Shown here piece after piece: positions 52,905-64,000 of a stretch of DNA of 64,000 nt (position 1 is the first letter of the stretch; each line of letters opens with the position of its first letter). The stretch is from Rotaria socialis (lineage: Eukaryota). The notes beneath the pieces are model-generated. The model was not told where the DNA came from and made no database searches. It saw only the letters and a list, made by a program, of their open reading frames with translations. The position numbers were made by a program, and so were the translations under genes. The stretch is taken from NCBI GenBank assembly GCA_905331295.1, contig CAJNYD010000067.1, positions 62,001 through 126,000 of the forward strand. Direction: 5' to 3'.

Positions 52905-55701
52905 ATGATGAACAGATCAATGAATGAAGGTAAATAAATAAAATAGCGTGAAAATTACGAAAATACTTTTTTTTGTATTTTGAAGTAATTACTAATAATG
53001 ATCATAGTAGAGCAGCTGCGTGTGAAAATCAATCAATGTTTGATGATGATCGTTATGTACAAAAGCGAAAGTCTCGTCGCGTTCGAGCTCTCATAAAATC
53101 CCCCGTTATGGAAATGATAAGTGACGAACAAACCGAACAACTTAGTAGTACACCAAGTACAAGACGAAATTCAACGAATTCATCATCTGATAAAAGACCT
53201 TTTCCCTTTGGACATTGGTAAGAATTGTTGATAATTTATGTTCTTTTAATGCTTAAGAAATGTTTTTTCTTGTGTACATTCTAGTCGAGTTTGTATGGAC
53301 AAAGCTACCGGTGCGCACTATGGAGTACCGACATGCGAAGGTTGTAAAGTAAGTCTAAAGTGAAGTGCTTTCTTGGCTTGTGTTGTTTGAAATTAGATAT
53401 TCATAGGATATGGCAGGAGTTAATTGCATGGTTCTCGCGTAGGCTATTATTGAGTAAAAGATTTTCTACTGTGGCACGGGGCATTGTGACCTTGATGAGT
53501 ACTCTGAAAGAAGTAATCAAGAGAATTCATTAAGGTAATGCGAATTTTATAGACCCAACTACAGGAGCGATGAGAGGGTTTCTTCTGAGGTTTAATTAAT
53601 TGGTTGTAAATAAATTTTTATTGTGCTTATTTGATGAAAAATAATTCATTATTGTTTTTCTTTTGTTTGAAAAGATTCTTCAAGTATTCTTGAATAATAG
53701 CTATACGAGAAATTTTCAATCGAAAAACATAATTCTGACGAAAAGAAAAATATTTTCTTTAGGGTTTTTTCAAACGAAGCATATTACGAAAAGAGAAGTA
53801 TCGATGCTATTTTGGTGATGGCTGTGTTATTAATACTGATAATCGAAATCGTTGTAAATCATGTCGTTTTCAAAAGTGTCTCAAAGAAGGAATGTCTGTC
53901 GACGGTAAAAGAAATTCAAAGTTTTTCGAATTTTTTTCCTTCTACTAATTATTTCATTTTAATCAGGCGTTCGAATGGGTCGTATTCCCAAACTAGTCAA
54001 AGAAAAAGCGTTAGCTGAACATCATTTATCATCGTCAAGTATAGAAAATGACGATCCAAGTTCATCAGTAGCATCGTCATCGCCACCATGTCTATCATCC
54101 ATGAATTCAAATTCAACTAATTTAATATCAACCGATGTCAATTTACAATTAATTGATGAACATTTTTTTTCCGACGACTTTGAATCCATATCCATGGATA
54201 CTCCATCCACAATATTACCATCATGCAATGGCTATATGTTATCCGAAGATTTTACTCTAGATGAAACAAAAAATGATCTTAAAGAAAACGTTTCCATATT
54301 AAATAGTCCACTATTGAATAATTGTACAGAAAATTGTGACGAAATGTTTTCGAAAAACGCCCTTGAACATATTAAAAAACTCGTAATTAAAATAATGCAC
54401 CCGAGATCCAATACCGTATCGGATCATGAAGAATTATCATTTATTCGATATCTACGAACGAAAACGTTTAATTTGTGTAATACATATAACGGTTGTACAA
54501 GACAGTTAATGGAACGAATGTCTAGTATGATTAACCAGCAAGTAAATCAATTTTGTTTTGTTCGAATAAAAATTTAATTAGGTTGGTTGATTTTATTTCT
54601 TAGATTAAAGAATTTCCTGGTGACTATTCATCTGTTCAAGATATATGGGCTGGATTGACAGGTAATTTCTAAGAATAAATTTCAATTCGCCTTTATAATC
54701 AGGTCTTTATTTCTAGATGCTATTCCATTCCATGTGAAAAATCTCATTACATTTGCTCGCGAGGTAAGCTCGGATTGCTTTTTATATTCTATATTAACTT
54801 TCAAAATCAGTTACATGTAAAACATCAGACTTGACATTTTGCAAGAGCTAGCTGTTCTGTGATTTATACATAACTATTGATTACAAGTACCACAGAAAGA
54901 AAGTTCTTCTATTTTAAGAAGATAATTTCTCTTGTAAAACTGATAGGTACTATTATTAGTCGATTATGCACGAAAGAACATTTGACATATAGAAACTATA
55001 ATATCCATATTATTTACGCATGTTTCTAGCCATTCAAATAATTAATACTGTTTTGTTTTTAATTTAGATGCCAGCTATTAATGAAATCAATCTAGACGAC
55101 CTGAACAAAATAATGAACAATCGTTTGTTTGACTTTTGGCTGGTAAATTTCGCTTATTTTCATTTCTTGCAAATATGTTCATGACGAAAATATTTAGATT
55201 AAACATGCACCATTAATATGCAACAATGAATCTTACATTATGTTGCCTAATGGCCTTCAATATACTCGTCAATGGATGAATCATATAATGGGCGAAGAAA
55301 TGGTTGAAACGATGTTTGAATTTTCAAGAAAATTCAATGAACTAAACTTAACACAAGAAGAATACGCTTTAATATTTCCTATTGTTATTTGTGTGAAAGG
55401 TAAATTATTTCTTTTTTTATTAAACCAAAACGAAGAAACACGATTTTTTATTTAGATAAGAGTCTCAATGATCAAGAAACCGTGCATCAGATTCAATGTT
55501 GTTATTTATATTCGTTGTATACGCAAATGTTAACTACTCGTACACAATTAGAAGCAAAAACAGTATTTCGCAATCTTTTACAGGTTTTTGAAATTTGAAA
55601 AACAAGAAAAATATTTTAACTAAATATTCGATGAATTTAAATATTAGATCTTCGCATTCTTGCCACTGTTAAACGAATTACAAGAGAAACGAGTTGGTTG
55701 A
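52905..55701 (+). CDS. Nuclear hormone receptor, NR1-like (E75/E78/Rev-erb-type DBD) with divergent LBD
   Basis: C4 fingers [28 protein letters not shown]...RNRCKSCRFQKCLKEGMS; VRMGRIPK box; LBD MFEFSRKFNELNLTQEEYAL; TGA at 55699-55701. Confidence 0.9.
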
Positions 55702-56349
55702 ACTATTCCAAAAAGTACGTCTAGGAAAATTTTTCTTAGAACTCTAATGGATGAAGCGACACGATGCTTATAGAAAAGATTAGCTTTAGTTATTGCATGT
55801 GCCAACCTCGTTTTCTTCTTGCTTATGCGGTAATTAGTTAGCACGTGAGTTGCCACGTGATGTAAACAAAGTGTAAAAATAGTTTGTTATACGAGCCGCT
55901 ATATCGGCTGTGTATCATTTGATGATGACATAAAGCCAAGGGCAGTTTGTCAGTCGGCAATCTATTGTTTGCAGTGCGAAACAAAGTTCTAATTCGAGTA
56001 TGTTTGAATGATTTTTTTCTAATTGAAATCTAATAATAATTCTTATTTATTGTCATCTATAAGATCTTTTTCTTTCTAGATATGGTAGAAGATTCATCAT
56101 GAATTTATACCGACGATTCTATTGCTCTGATTCATTCGAGCTCTTTCATAATGCTCAACGTTGTAGACTAACCGTTTTTATGTATGTCCGTGTGCATATG
56201 TATTTATGAAAAACATAATTTAAAGAGGAAAACAATCTTTTGTTAACCTTTTGGTGACAGTATAATATAGATTTAAAAGTAAATGGATATCTTTTCATAG
56301 CCACCACCATATGTACAAATAATTTATATATATGGAAAAATTAATCATG

Positions 56350-57667
56350 TTATGCCCCCGCCCCCTCAGATCTGAATTGTCACTTGGAAAGGTCCGATTG
56401 AGCTGAACTTTTTAGGGATGACTGGTCTGCATTAGAAACAGTCGTGATAAAAATTTCAACTCGATATATTGAACTGAATCGAAAATATGGCTTACTTACA
56501 TACGAATTATGGCCACTAGGAGAATCACTAAGACTCTGCCAGTACGAGAGCTATACAAGCCGCGCTTGTTTTAAATTAAACCCAGCATCAATACGCAACT
56601 TTTGTCAGAATGGAATTTTAAAATTTGCTTCAGTTGGTATTTTACTGGAATAGGGATCAAAATTTGGCTAAAAATGGCTACCTGTTGGTATAGGATCCGA
56701 CTTGTCTAAGTTCAGAAATCAAATATAAAAAAATCTGATTGGACAAGATTTTACTTACACTTGAAGCTTCAAAATAAAAAAAATGATCTTAATATCTTAA
56801 ATCGCTTGAAACTAGATTCATTTTTTCTGACAAAAAAATCTTGTTTTGAAAAAAACGACAGACACGTTTAAGAATCATTTTTTTTTGTTTAAACTCAAAA
56901 AAAGATCTGTATGTTATATTTTTACACTAAACCTTTTCAATGATGTCATGAATGATATCAACTCGCTTCACCTATGAACGATCTTTGCTATTAGCTCTAT
57001 TTGTTCAACTGACGCGCCTATACTTATGAATATGAAATGAGAGTTTTTAACCTAATAAACTTAGCTAACTTTGCTGGTAACCCTTTCAAGCGAATGCAAT
57101 CGATAGAACTATCATTTCTGCACATATTCATTGTATTTCTTCTTTCCTAAACTAATTTCTTTAATTTCAAGACTGCGATCTGTGAAGCAAGGTAAAACAA
57201 AATCGTCGTCGGGTCCGGAACTGTCACTTTTTTTTATTCAGAGAACATTTCTATGGAAAACAAACCTCATATTCGTGATCAGCGTACTGAATAAGCTATG
57301 TCTAACACAAATCCCGAAAAAAAAGAAAGACAAAATTGGTTTTCGGGAGGGTGACCTAGGCAAAATGATTTTACAAAAAAAATGCATTGCTTTGTTCAAA
57401 TTTTTATACTGATTTCAATCATGTAACTATTGTTTCAGAAAACAGTTCGGTCAAAAAATGACCTTACTACCACTGGTCTTTTCTCGCAAAACAAGACAGT
57501 ACGGCTTAGTATTTTTGTCGATAAATTCCTTAAAATCGAATCTTTTTTTTAAAATTCTACATACATTCTGAAAGAGAAGACTTTGAGGCATCTACCCATG
57601 ATAAGAACTCAAACTTAAAATCTTTTCGAAAAAGTCGACTTTTTTAAGCGGGGGCGGGGAACCTTAG
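56350..57667. mobile_element. ~1.3 kb non-autonomous DNA transposon-like insertion
   Basis: Inverted terminal motifs CCCCCGCCCC (~56355) and GGGGGCGGGG (~57650); non-coding interior. TSD not resolved. Confidence 0.45.
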
Positions 57668-60600
57668 TTAGCAAAATAAGCAAAAACAGTTTGGAAAATA
57701 TTCTCTGTTTACTCAATGCAGTATTTATGATTATTGATGACAGAACAAGGCTGACGAGTACTTCTAAAAACGCTGACGACCAAGACATTTCTTTTTGTTA
57801 TCGTACGGGAAATTCTAACGCTTGCGCATTAGGATTATAAACAAATCATACGATGAAGAAAAAATATCAGTTTGCATACAGCAAAGATCTTTGTCAGCAA
57901 ACAACTTGATAAAAGCATTCATTTTGTCTTATTTTATGGTTTTCACAGGTGACGCTCGAAAAAGTTTATTGTTAGATACAATGTGCGGCATAAGGTGGTG
58001 GGCCTCTATTAAGCTGGATACATTATTTTATTTGTATCGAAACTATGAATATAGGAGGAATCGTAGATACACAGCTGGGTACACTGCTGTCCTTGCTCAT
58101 TGTTCTATAAAATATTTTTTATCAACAAGTACATCGCAGTCAGTATGAAAATAGCAACAATTTTTCACTAATAGGTACGAAGGAAAATTTGACAGTAAAT
58201 GCCAGGGTGAAAAAAAAAGCTGTTATTTGTCTGAGAAATATTTTAAACCAATCGAGGAGCTTTATGATGCCTTTTTTTTCTTCTTTGAGACGACTCTATG
58301 AAACCAATCAAAAACGTTTCTTTTACCATTCGAAACTAAGCAAGAGTTTCATTTATACAAATAACGAATTTTTCGTGAAACCTGTTTGTTGCACTAAGTG
58401 TTAAATGTGTTCGATCGGAGCAGCATAAAAAAATGATGTCATCCGTGGATATATTCAGAAAATTTTCTCACATAGACTATGAGCATTTACTTTTTGATGG
58501 AGTTTTAGGTTTCGCTCTCTCTCACTTTCGAATGAATTGATTGTACTTTTTCGATTATTTATTTTTAGACTATATGTCAACCAAAAGGAATGTGATCATT
58601 AAGTTTCTTGATAATCATAAAGTGATTTGGTGGAAGTTTTGCCTAAGACAATCTGCGATAAAGTTTCTTTTGAAAAATTCATTATCTTTACGAACTATTA
58701 TTGTTGCTGTTTCAAGAAAATTCCCACAAAAAATCAGGAGCATTCGGTAGAAATCCGTAGTATTCCACATAATTTGCTTTTCAACAAAATTTAGAGTTCC
58801 ACCATAATCATTATTCTGGTTGGCTGTCAACTCTATGATTTTCAATCACACAACAAATATAATAGCTAAATCAAAACTGTCAGCTAGATCGGAATAAAGT
58901 CCTTCTGTTATACCCGAGAAGTTTTAAAGAAAAATAAGCAATGCTTCTTTCTCATCATAGACTATGCAAGGTACTTTATTACACCTGTTCGTTCGTTGCG
59001 CCATGCTGAACATGCTCACCAAACAAAAAGCCCATTGCAAAAATGTAGCAGGATCAATTTCTAGAATTTTCACATATTTTCAATATTTTCTGCCATTGAT
59101 ATAGATTTCTATCATCGCCATGAAAGAGCAGATAATTTCAAATGAAAATATTTACTCTACATCGTTATTCAATTGTGTTTTGGTTTTGACAATGGGAGCA
59201 TTAAAGTGTGAAATAGCTCACCCATAAATCGTACGCAGATGTTGTTCCTATTTCAATAGAGAAATTTTGTGGCGTTATTATTTCTGATGTTTTTTTGTAT
59301 ATTGGTTCCTTAGATAATCGTTAACAGAATTTCGTCAAATTTTTGATGATATTTTCTATCAAATAGTCACATTCTATATTTTTCTGGTAGGTAATTATAC
59401 GAAGGCAGTCCTAGATAAATATTCCCTTTAAATTTCCATATTCTCATCGAGATAAGCTGGAAATCTTCGTTAAGATATCATATCTAAGCAATGAATAATA
59501 TCTACAAAGTTTCTTTAAAGTTCGATTGAAACCTTGAAAATTTTTTTCTACAAGTCACAGCGCTTATCGAATGATTTCAACAGAAAAATAACACACTGAT
59601 TACATCTTAGTTAATTATATTTTCTATAAAAGAGTGCATCTATCAAAGATAAACTGGTGTAATACGAATAAGAATGACTAACGTTTCAAGGTATCGTTTA
59701 AATTCCATATATAAATATTTCGTTTCGCTCTGATGGATCTAAAATGGTAAATGAAGAAAAAAATCAATGCAGCTCATTATGCTTATCTGTCGAGATAAAA
59801 TATTCAATAGTTAAAAACTGACACGAAAATAAAATTAATACACAAATGAGTCAACACGATTTACTGCGCATTGATTGAGTTTTCATTTTAATTGATTTTT
59901 CACACGAGGACTTGCTGTCGGCTGATTATACCGACGAAAGAGAAAGCAATAGATATATTAGCAAACAAAAGAAAACAATAAATAACCAAAAAGCAAACAT
60001 GAATGGAAGTTTCATATTGCAGTCCTCTCTGCTACCGTCTAATTTCGGCAGCTTTCAAGAACGAGGGAATATCAAGAGGATCTTCATTAAAACGTTCCAA
60101 TAGTTTTATTGAACATTCATCTGCTCGAACTCTATGATTACGGTGCTCTGGAGCTGAAACACCAATATCATCTCGAAAAACTGGCAGACTACGCGAATGC
60201 TTGTTCCTTGTGCTGTAAATCTTGACAAAATTTAAAAATCCCCATCGTCCATGAATATTCGTTTCGTTGCGCAGAACGTTTTCTTATTTATTTTGTTGCA
60301 AAGAAGCGCATGGAAAACATATTACCCATCTATTCAATTCTCACCTTCAAAACCATCGACGCAGAGTAAATCCTTGGGTAGTGAATCGTACACACACGTG
60401 TGATTTACCATTAATACTTTTTTTTATTCGTATCTGCATTTGAAAAACAAACACCGCTTAACGTTACAGTTCTATTGCATGATGGCTGATCACTTCGTAA
60501 ATATTTCTTGCTCTTAGGTTTATCACATTTGATTTCTAGGCACAATATCGAAAAGCAAAGTATTCAAATTGAGTTAGGTTATTTTCTCTTTCAGCATATT

Positions 60601-61358
60601 CTCTTAAAGTAACCGATCGTGATACAATATCATTTGATTTCCATCTTGATATTTTCCAGCAGACATTTCCTCGAATAATTACGATCTAAATAAAACTTCT
60701 ACTAGACAAAAAATACACCTGTAGATATGCACACCTGTGGAGCTATTGAAAAAAGCATACGAAGAAAATAGCTGAATTCATACATTGAAAAGGCTGTCAT
60801 ACATACAACACAATATACATACACGTCATTTGTATTGTTTATTTCATGATTTTCATTTCTCGACCGTAAATTATCACAGAATGCATATGAAATAACATCG
60901 TATTGAAATATTGACACATACATTTTTTTCTTAATCATCAAAAACAAATAAAATTATACATTTTTTCGTAGTAAAAGCTATAAAGAATGTTAATATATTT
61001 TTATTCAATTGACTCAATCGTGATCTGTACAGAAACAGATAAATTTCGTCTTATCAACGGTATCAACTAGTCATTTTTGATAGAAAAAACTTGTCACGGC
61101 TTGGAAAAATAATCACTGGCCAATAGTGACACGTGTATTGGAGGTTTCTATCCTTTTCAATATTGACTCATGTAACTTTCGAAATACAAAGGGCAACGTT
61201 AAAAATAGTACCTCAATTTGAGGGGAAAGATTAAATTCGATAAAATAAAAATATGACCTAGACAGACTAAATAGTTTTTGTGTTCTCATATTTTCGAAAC
61301 TGCGACTCGTGATATGATGAAAGAATTTGTCATTTTTAATTGGCAGACGTGTCTGCAA

Positions 61359-62052
61359 TAGAGACCTGCGGAGTCAATTCTTTTTATTCCGAAACCCGAC
61401 TCCGACTCCGACTCCGAAAAATTCCGAAAAGCTTCGAAATTTTATTATTGAAACGGGCAATCTGTGATACAATAGTCGAAAGATTATTTTCAGCTTCAAA
61501 GAATACTACATCGGAAAAAAGAACCAACTTAGGTTCCGAAAAATCAACCAAAAGTTATTTTAACAAAAAAGTAACTTTGTTGAAAGAGCTCTTCTGTGAG
61601 AATGGAAGAACAAGAACCATTTCAATGTCATCAACAACCACAGCCTCATCTACAGATTCAATATCAATATCTATTATGCCGAAGCAATCAAAATTTGATG
61701 ATGAAGACAATTATAGTAGTTTGGATGATGCTGAAATATTTCTTGATTCATGATATGTTTTTATTAAGTTGATCTCTCGAATTTTATAGCTGCAAGATGA
61801 TTCGTTTCTTCTTTTTTGTCCTGAAACTCATTTTCAATATATGAAATAAGTGATGCCTTTCTTTTTTTGCCTCGTATAATATGAAAAATAAAGATATTGT
61901 TGTATAAAATAGCGAAATTTCATCAGACATAATTATAACTCTGACTCCGATTTACTCCGAGAAGTTTTTCAAAAAAATTGACTCCGACTCCGACTGCGAC
62001 TGCGTCGAAGTCGGAGTTGAAATCGGGTTTCGGAATTCCCCGCAGGTCTCTA
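61359..62052 (+). mobile_element. Internally deleted hAT transposon (694 bp)
   Basis: 13-bp TIR TAGAGACCTGCGG/CCGCAGGTCTCTA; perfect 8-bp TSD GTCTGCAA; GACTCC subterminal repeats; remnant of the hAT dimerisation domain (VERLFSASKNT..EKRTNLG). Confidence 0.93.
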
Positions 62053-62513
62053 GTCTGCAAAGGTCAAAAGTTTTCTTCTATCGAAACAATTCATGATTTT
62101 AGTCGGCAATAAACATGCTTGCACAGACATCATTTTGATTTTAATTCTGATTAAGTGAGTGGTTTATGTGACCGATAGAGATTGAATTCGAATTACGAAA
62201 ATTTAAAATGAAAAAAACGTCTATCTAGATGCCAATGTTTTTTTGACACGAAATATCGACCAACAACAAAAATGTATAATGATTAAAATGAAATCGATCG
62301 GAAAATAATGCACATCATGTTCTGCCTAGCTTGGAAAAAGTATCTGCAGGACAGGTTTGAGAACGAAAAAAGAAAAAAAAACGCACCTGTGCCGAACAAA
62401 ATCTTTTTTTCCTACTGACAGCAAAAATACGAACGAGAGCTGTGGAGTATTTAAGGCAACGAAATATTCATAACGATTGAAAAATTTCCGAATTGTTTTC
62501 GAAAATCGACAAG

Positions 62514-63328
62514 ATGCCCCGCTCCAAATATATTTCTGAACCTTCGTGGCACTTGAACATATACTTATCAAATGAATTAAACAGTCAGGAATCAGAGAGT
62601 TCTCAATCTGCTGAAGCGCTAATGCATTTATTTGACACGGATCTGTTGCAATCTTCTCATAGAATGAACGTCGAACTATTTGATCCATTGAATAATGATA
62701 CAGAAGCTTTGCTACTAGCTGATGAAGAGTTTTCATCGGATGCGGAAAATTTCAATTCGATCGATTTCAGTGATTGTTTTTTGGAAAAATCCAAAGAAAT
62801 ACCTCATCGACCAACTGAAAAAAGCAATTCAACGCCGAATAATGATAAACCGCCGTCTTCATCAACAGAAAATATTCATCGAAGTCAGAAGAAAAATGCA
62901 TCTTCATCTAAGCCGTTTTCATCTTCAAGTTGTGATGCTATTAAAAAGTTTCTGGTATATGATGTAGTAACTGGACGACTACGAAGGCCCTTATTACATG
63001 AATTTATTCGACTGTTAGTAGAATATGATGAATATTCCGATGTTGCTGAATATCTTGATCGAACACGAGGTATTTTCAAATTGCATAAACCAGAAGAAGT
63101 TGCTGAACTATGGAAAAATGTGAAAGGACGGAATAGCGATAATAGTAAGTTGACTTTCCAGAATAGAATTTCGTTTTATTGAAGACTTTCTTTTTTATAA
63201 TTGCAGACATGACGTACGATAAACTAGCGAGAGCTCTGCGTTACTATTATGGAAATGGTATTATGCATCCGAGTCCAGGACGCTTTACCTTTCGATTTGG
63301 ATCAAAATCCGGTTTTAGCACTTCTTGA
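62514..63328 (+). CDS. Divergent ETS-domain transcription factor; intron ~63145-63206
   Basis: LHEFIRLLV...RTRGIFKLHKPEEVAELW...MTYDKLARALRYYY..GIM...GRFTFRF. Confidence 0.9.
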
Positions 63329-64000
63329 AGAACAGTTTTTTTTAGAACAAAACATAAATATCTATAATATTTTATTTAATGTTTACTCCGGATGTAATAT
63401 TTTTTTTACTTTTTCCTATTTGATGTGGCGACTTTGATACCTGTAATTTACACTTCACTGAACTGTTGCTCAAAAGTTTTTCCTCTTGTTTTGTATGTTA
63501 GATGGAATATTAAACAAAAATAAACATAAGTGTCTCTGATTCGATCAACGGTTGTACATTCAGTCAGATGATTCATTTTATTGACTTCATAGTTAATATC
63601 GATTGATTGATGTGTGCATCGGCCAAGACAAATCATAAAACAGTGGCGTACTTTTTGCCTATCTTTCTACGCTTATCAGCAGAACGAGCTAAATAGCGTG
63701 CTGAAAAAAAAATATTATGTTTGCCAAAGGTAAAAATTTGTTCTAATAGAACATCAAAATAAATGTACGTCTCTTCTGGTGAATAGCGAAATAAATGACG
63801 AGATTTCTAATATTGATAGATGTTGTTTACGAATAGGGACCAGTTTCTACGAACTGTGCGTCCCTAGGTAGCTCACTAAATATAGGTCACGTTTTTACGA
63901 ACAGAGACGATACGATTTTTCTTGCCATCTAAATAGGAATTTTAATTCAGGAAAGCCATAGCATAATCCTTTTACACTGGGTACCGACGTTTTGCGAGAC

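Noticed and set aside
57800..60420. Decayed coding-like fragments on the minus strand (58615-58845, ~59990-60400)
   Set aside because: Probably old TE or pseudogene debris, but no family can be supported without a database search.
61395..62030. GACTCC tandem repeats as a CRISPR-like or telomeric array
   Set aside because: They are subterminal repeats of the hAT element; there are no spacers.

Overview
AT-rich eukaryotic (metazoan) genomic DNA with many short (~50-70 nt) GT-AG introns. Gene style and repeats suggest a bdelloid rotifer (Rotaria/Adineta-like); this is an inference. Recognisable genes in order: Wee1 kinase, AGPAT/LPAAT, a TatD-family nuclease with an N-terminal CCCH zinc finger, a short OSBP-related protein (minus strand), SELENBP1, UBIAD1, an SLC25A33/36-type mitochondrial carrier, a receptor guanylyl cyclase with an atypical ectodomain, a TGIF-class homeobox, WAC, SNAPC3, an NR1-like nuclear receptor and an ETS factor. 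There is also an orphan gene near 2 kb. Mobile DNA includes an intron-containing hAT transposase pseudogene with two MITEs inside its BED-finger region, several hAT MITEs/deletion derivatives with 8-bp TSDs, and two DINE/HINE-like (Helentron) elements. The most intriguing unexplained signal is a GC-rich, multi-hairpin island at ~13135-13330. It ends in a helix directly followed by CACCCTCA, the complement of the bdelloid-type TGAGGG telomere repeat, and lies ~350 bp upstream of the CCCH-TatD gene. Exon boundaries were read by eye and are approximate.
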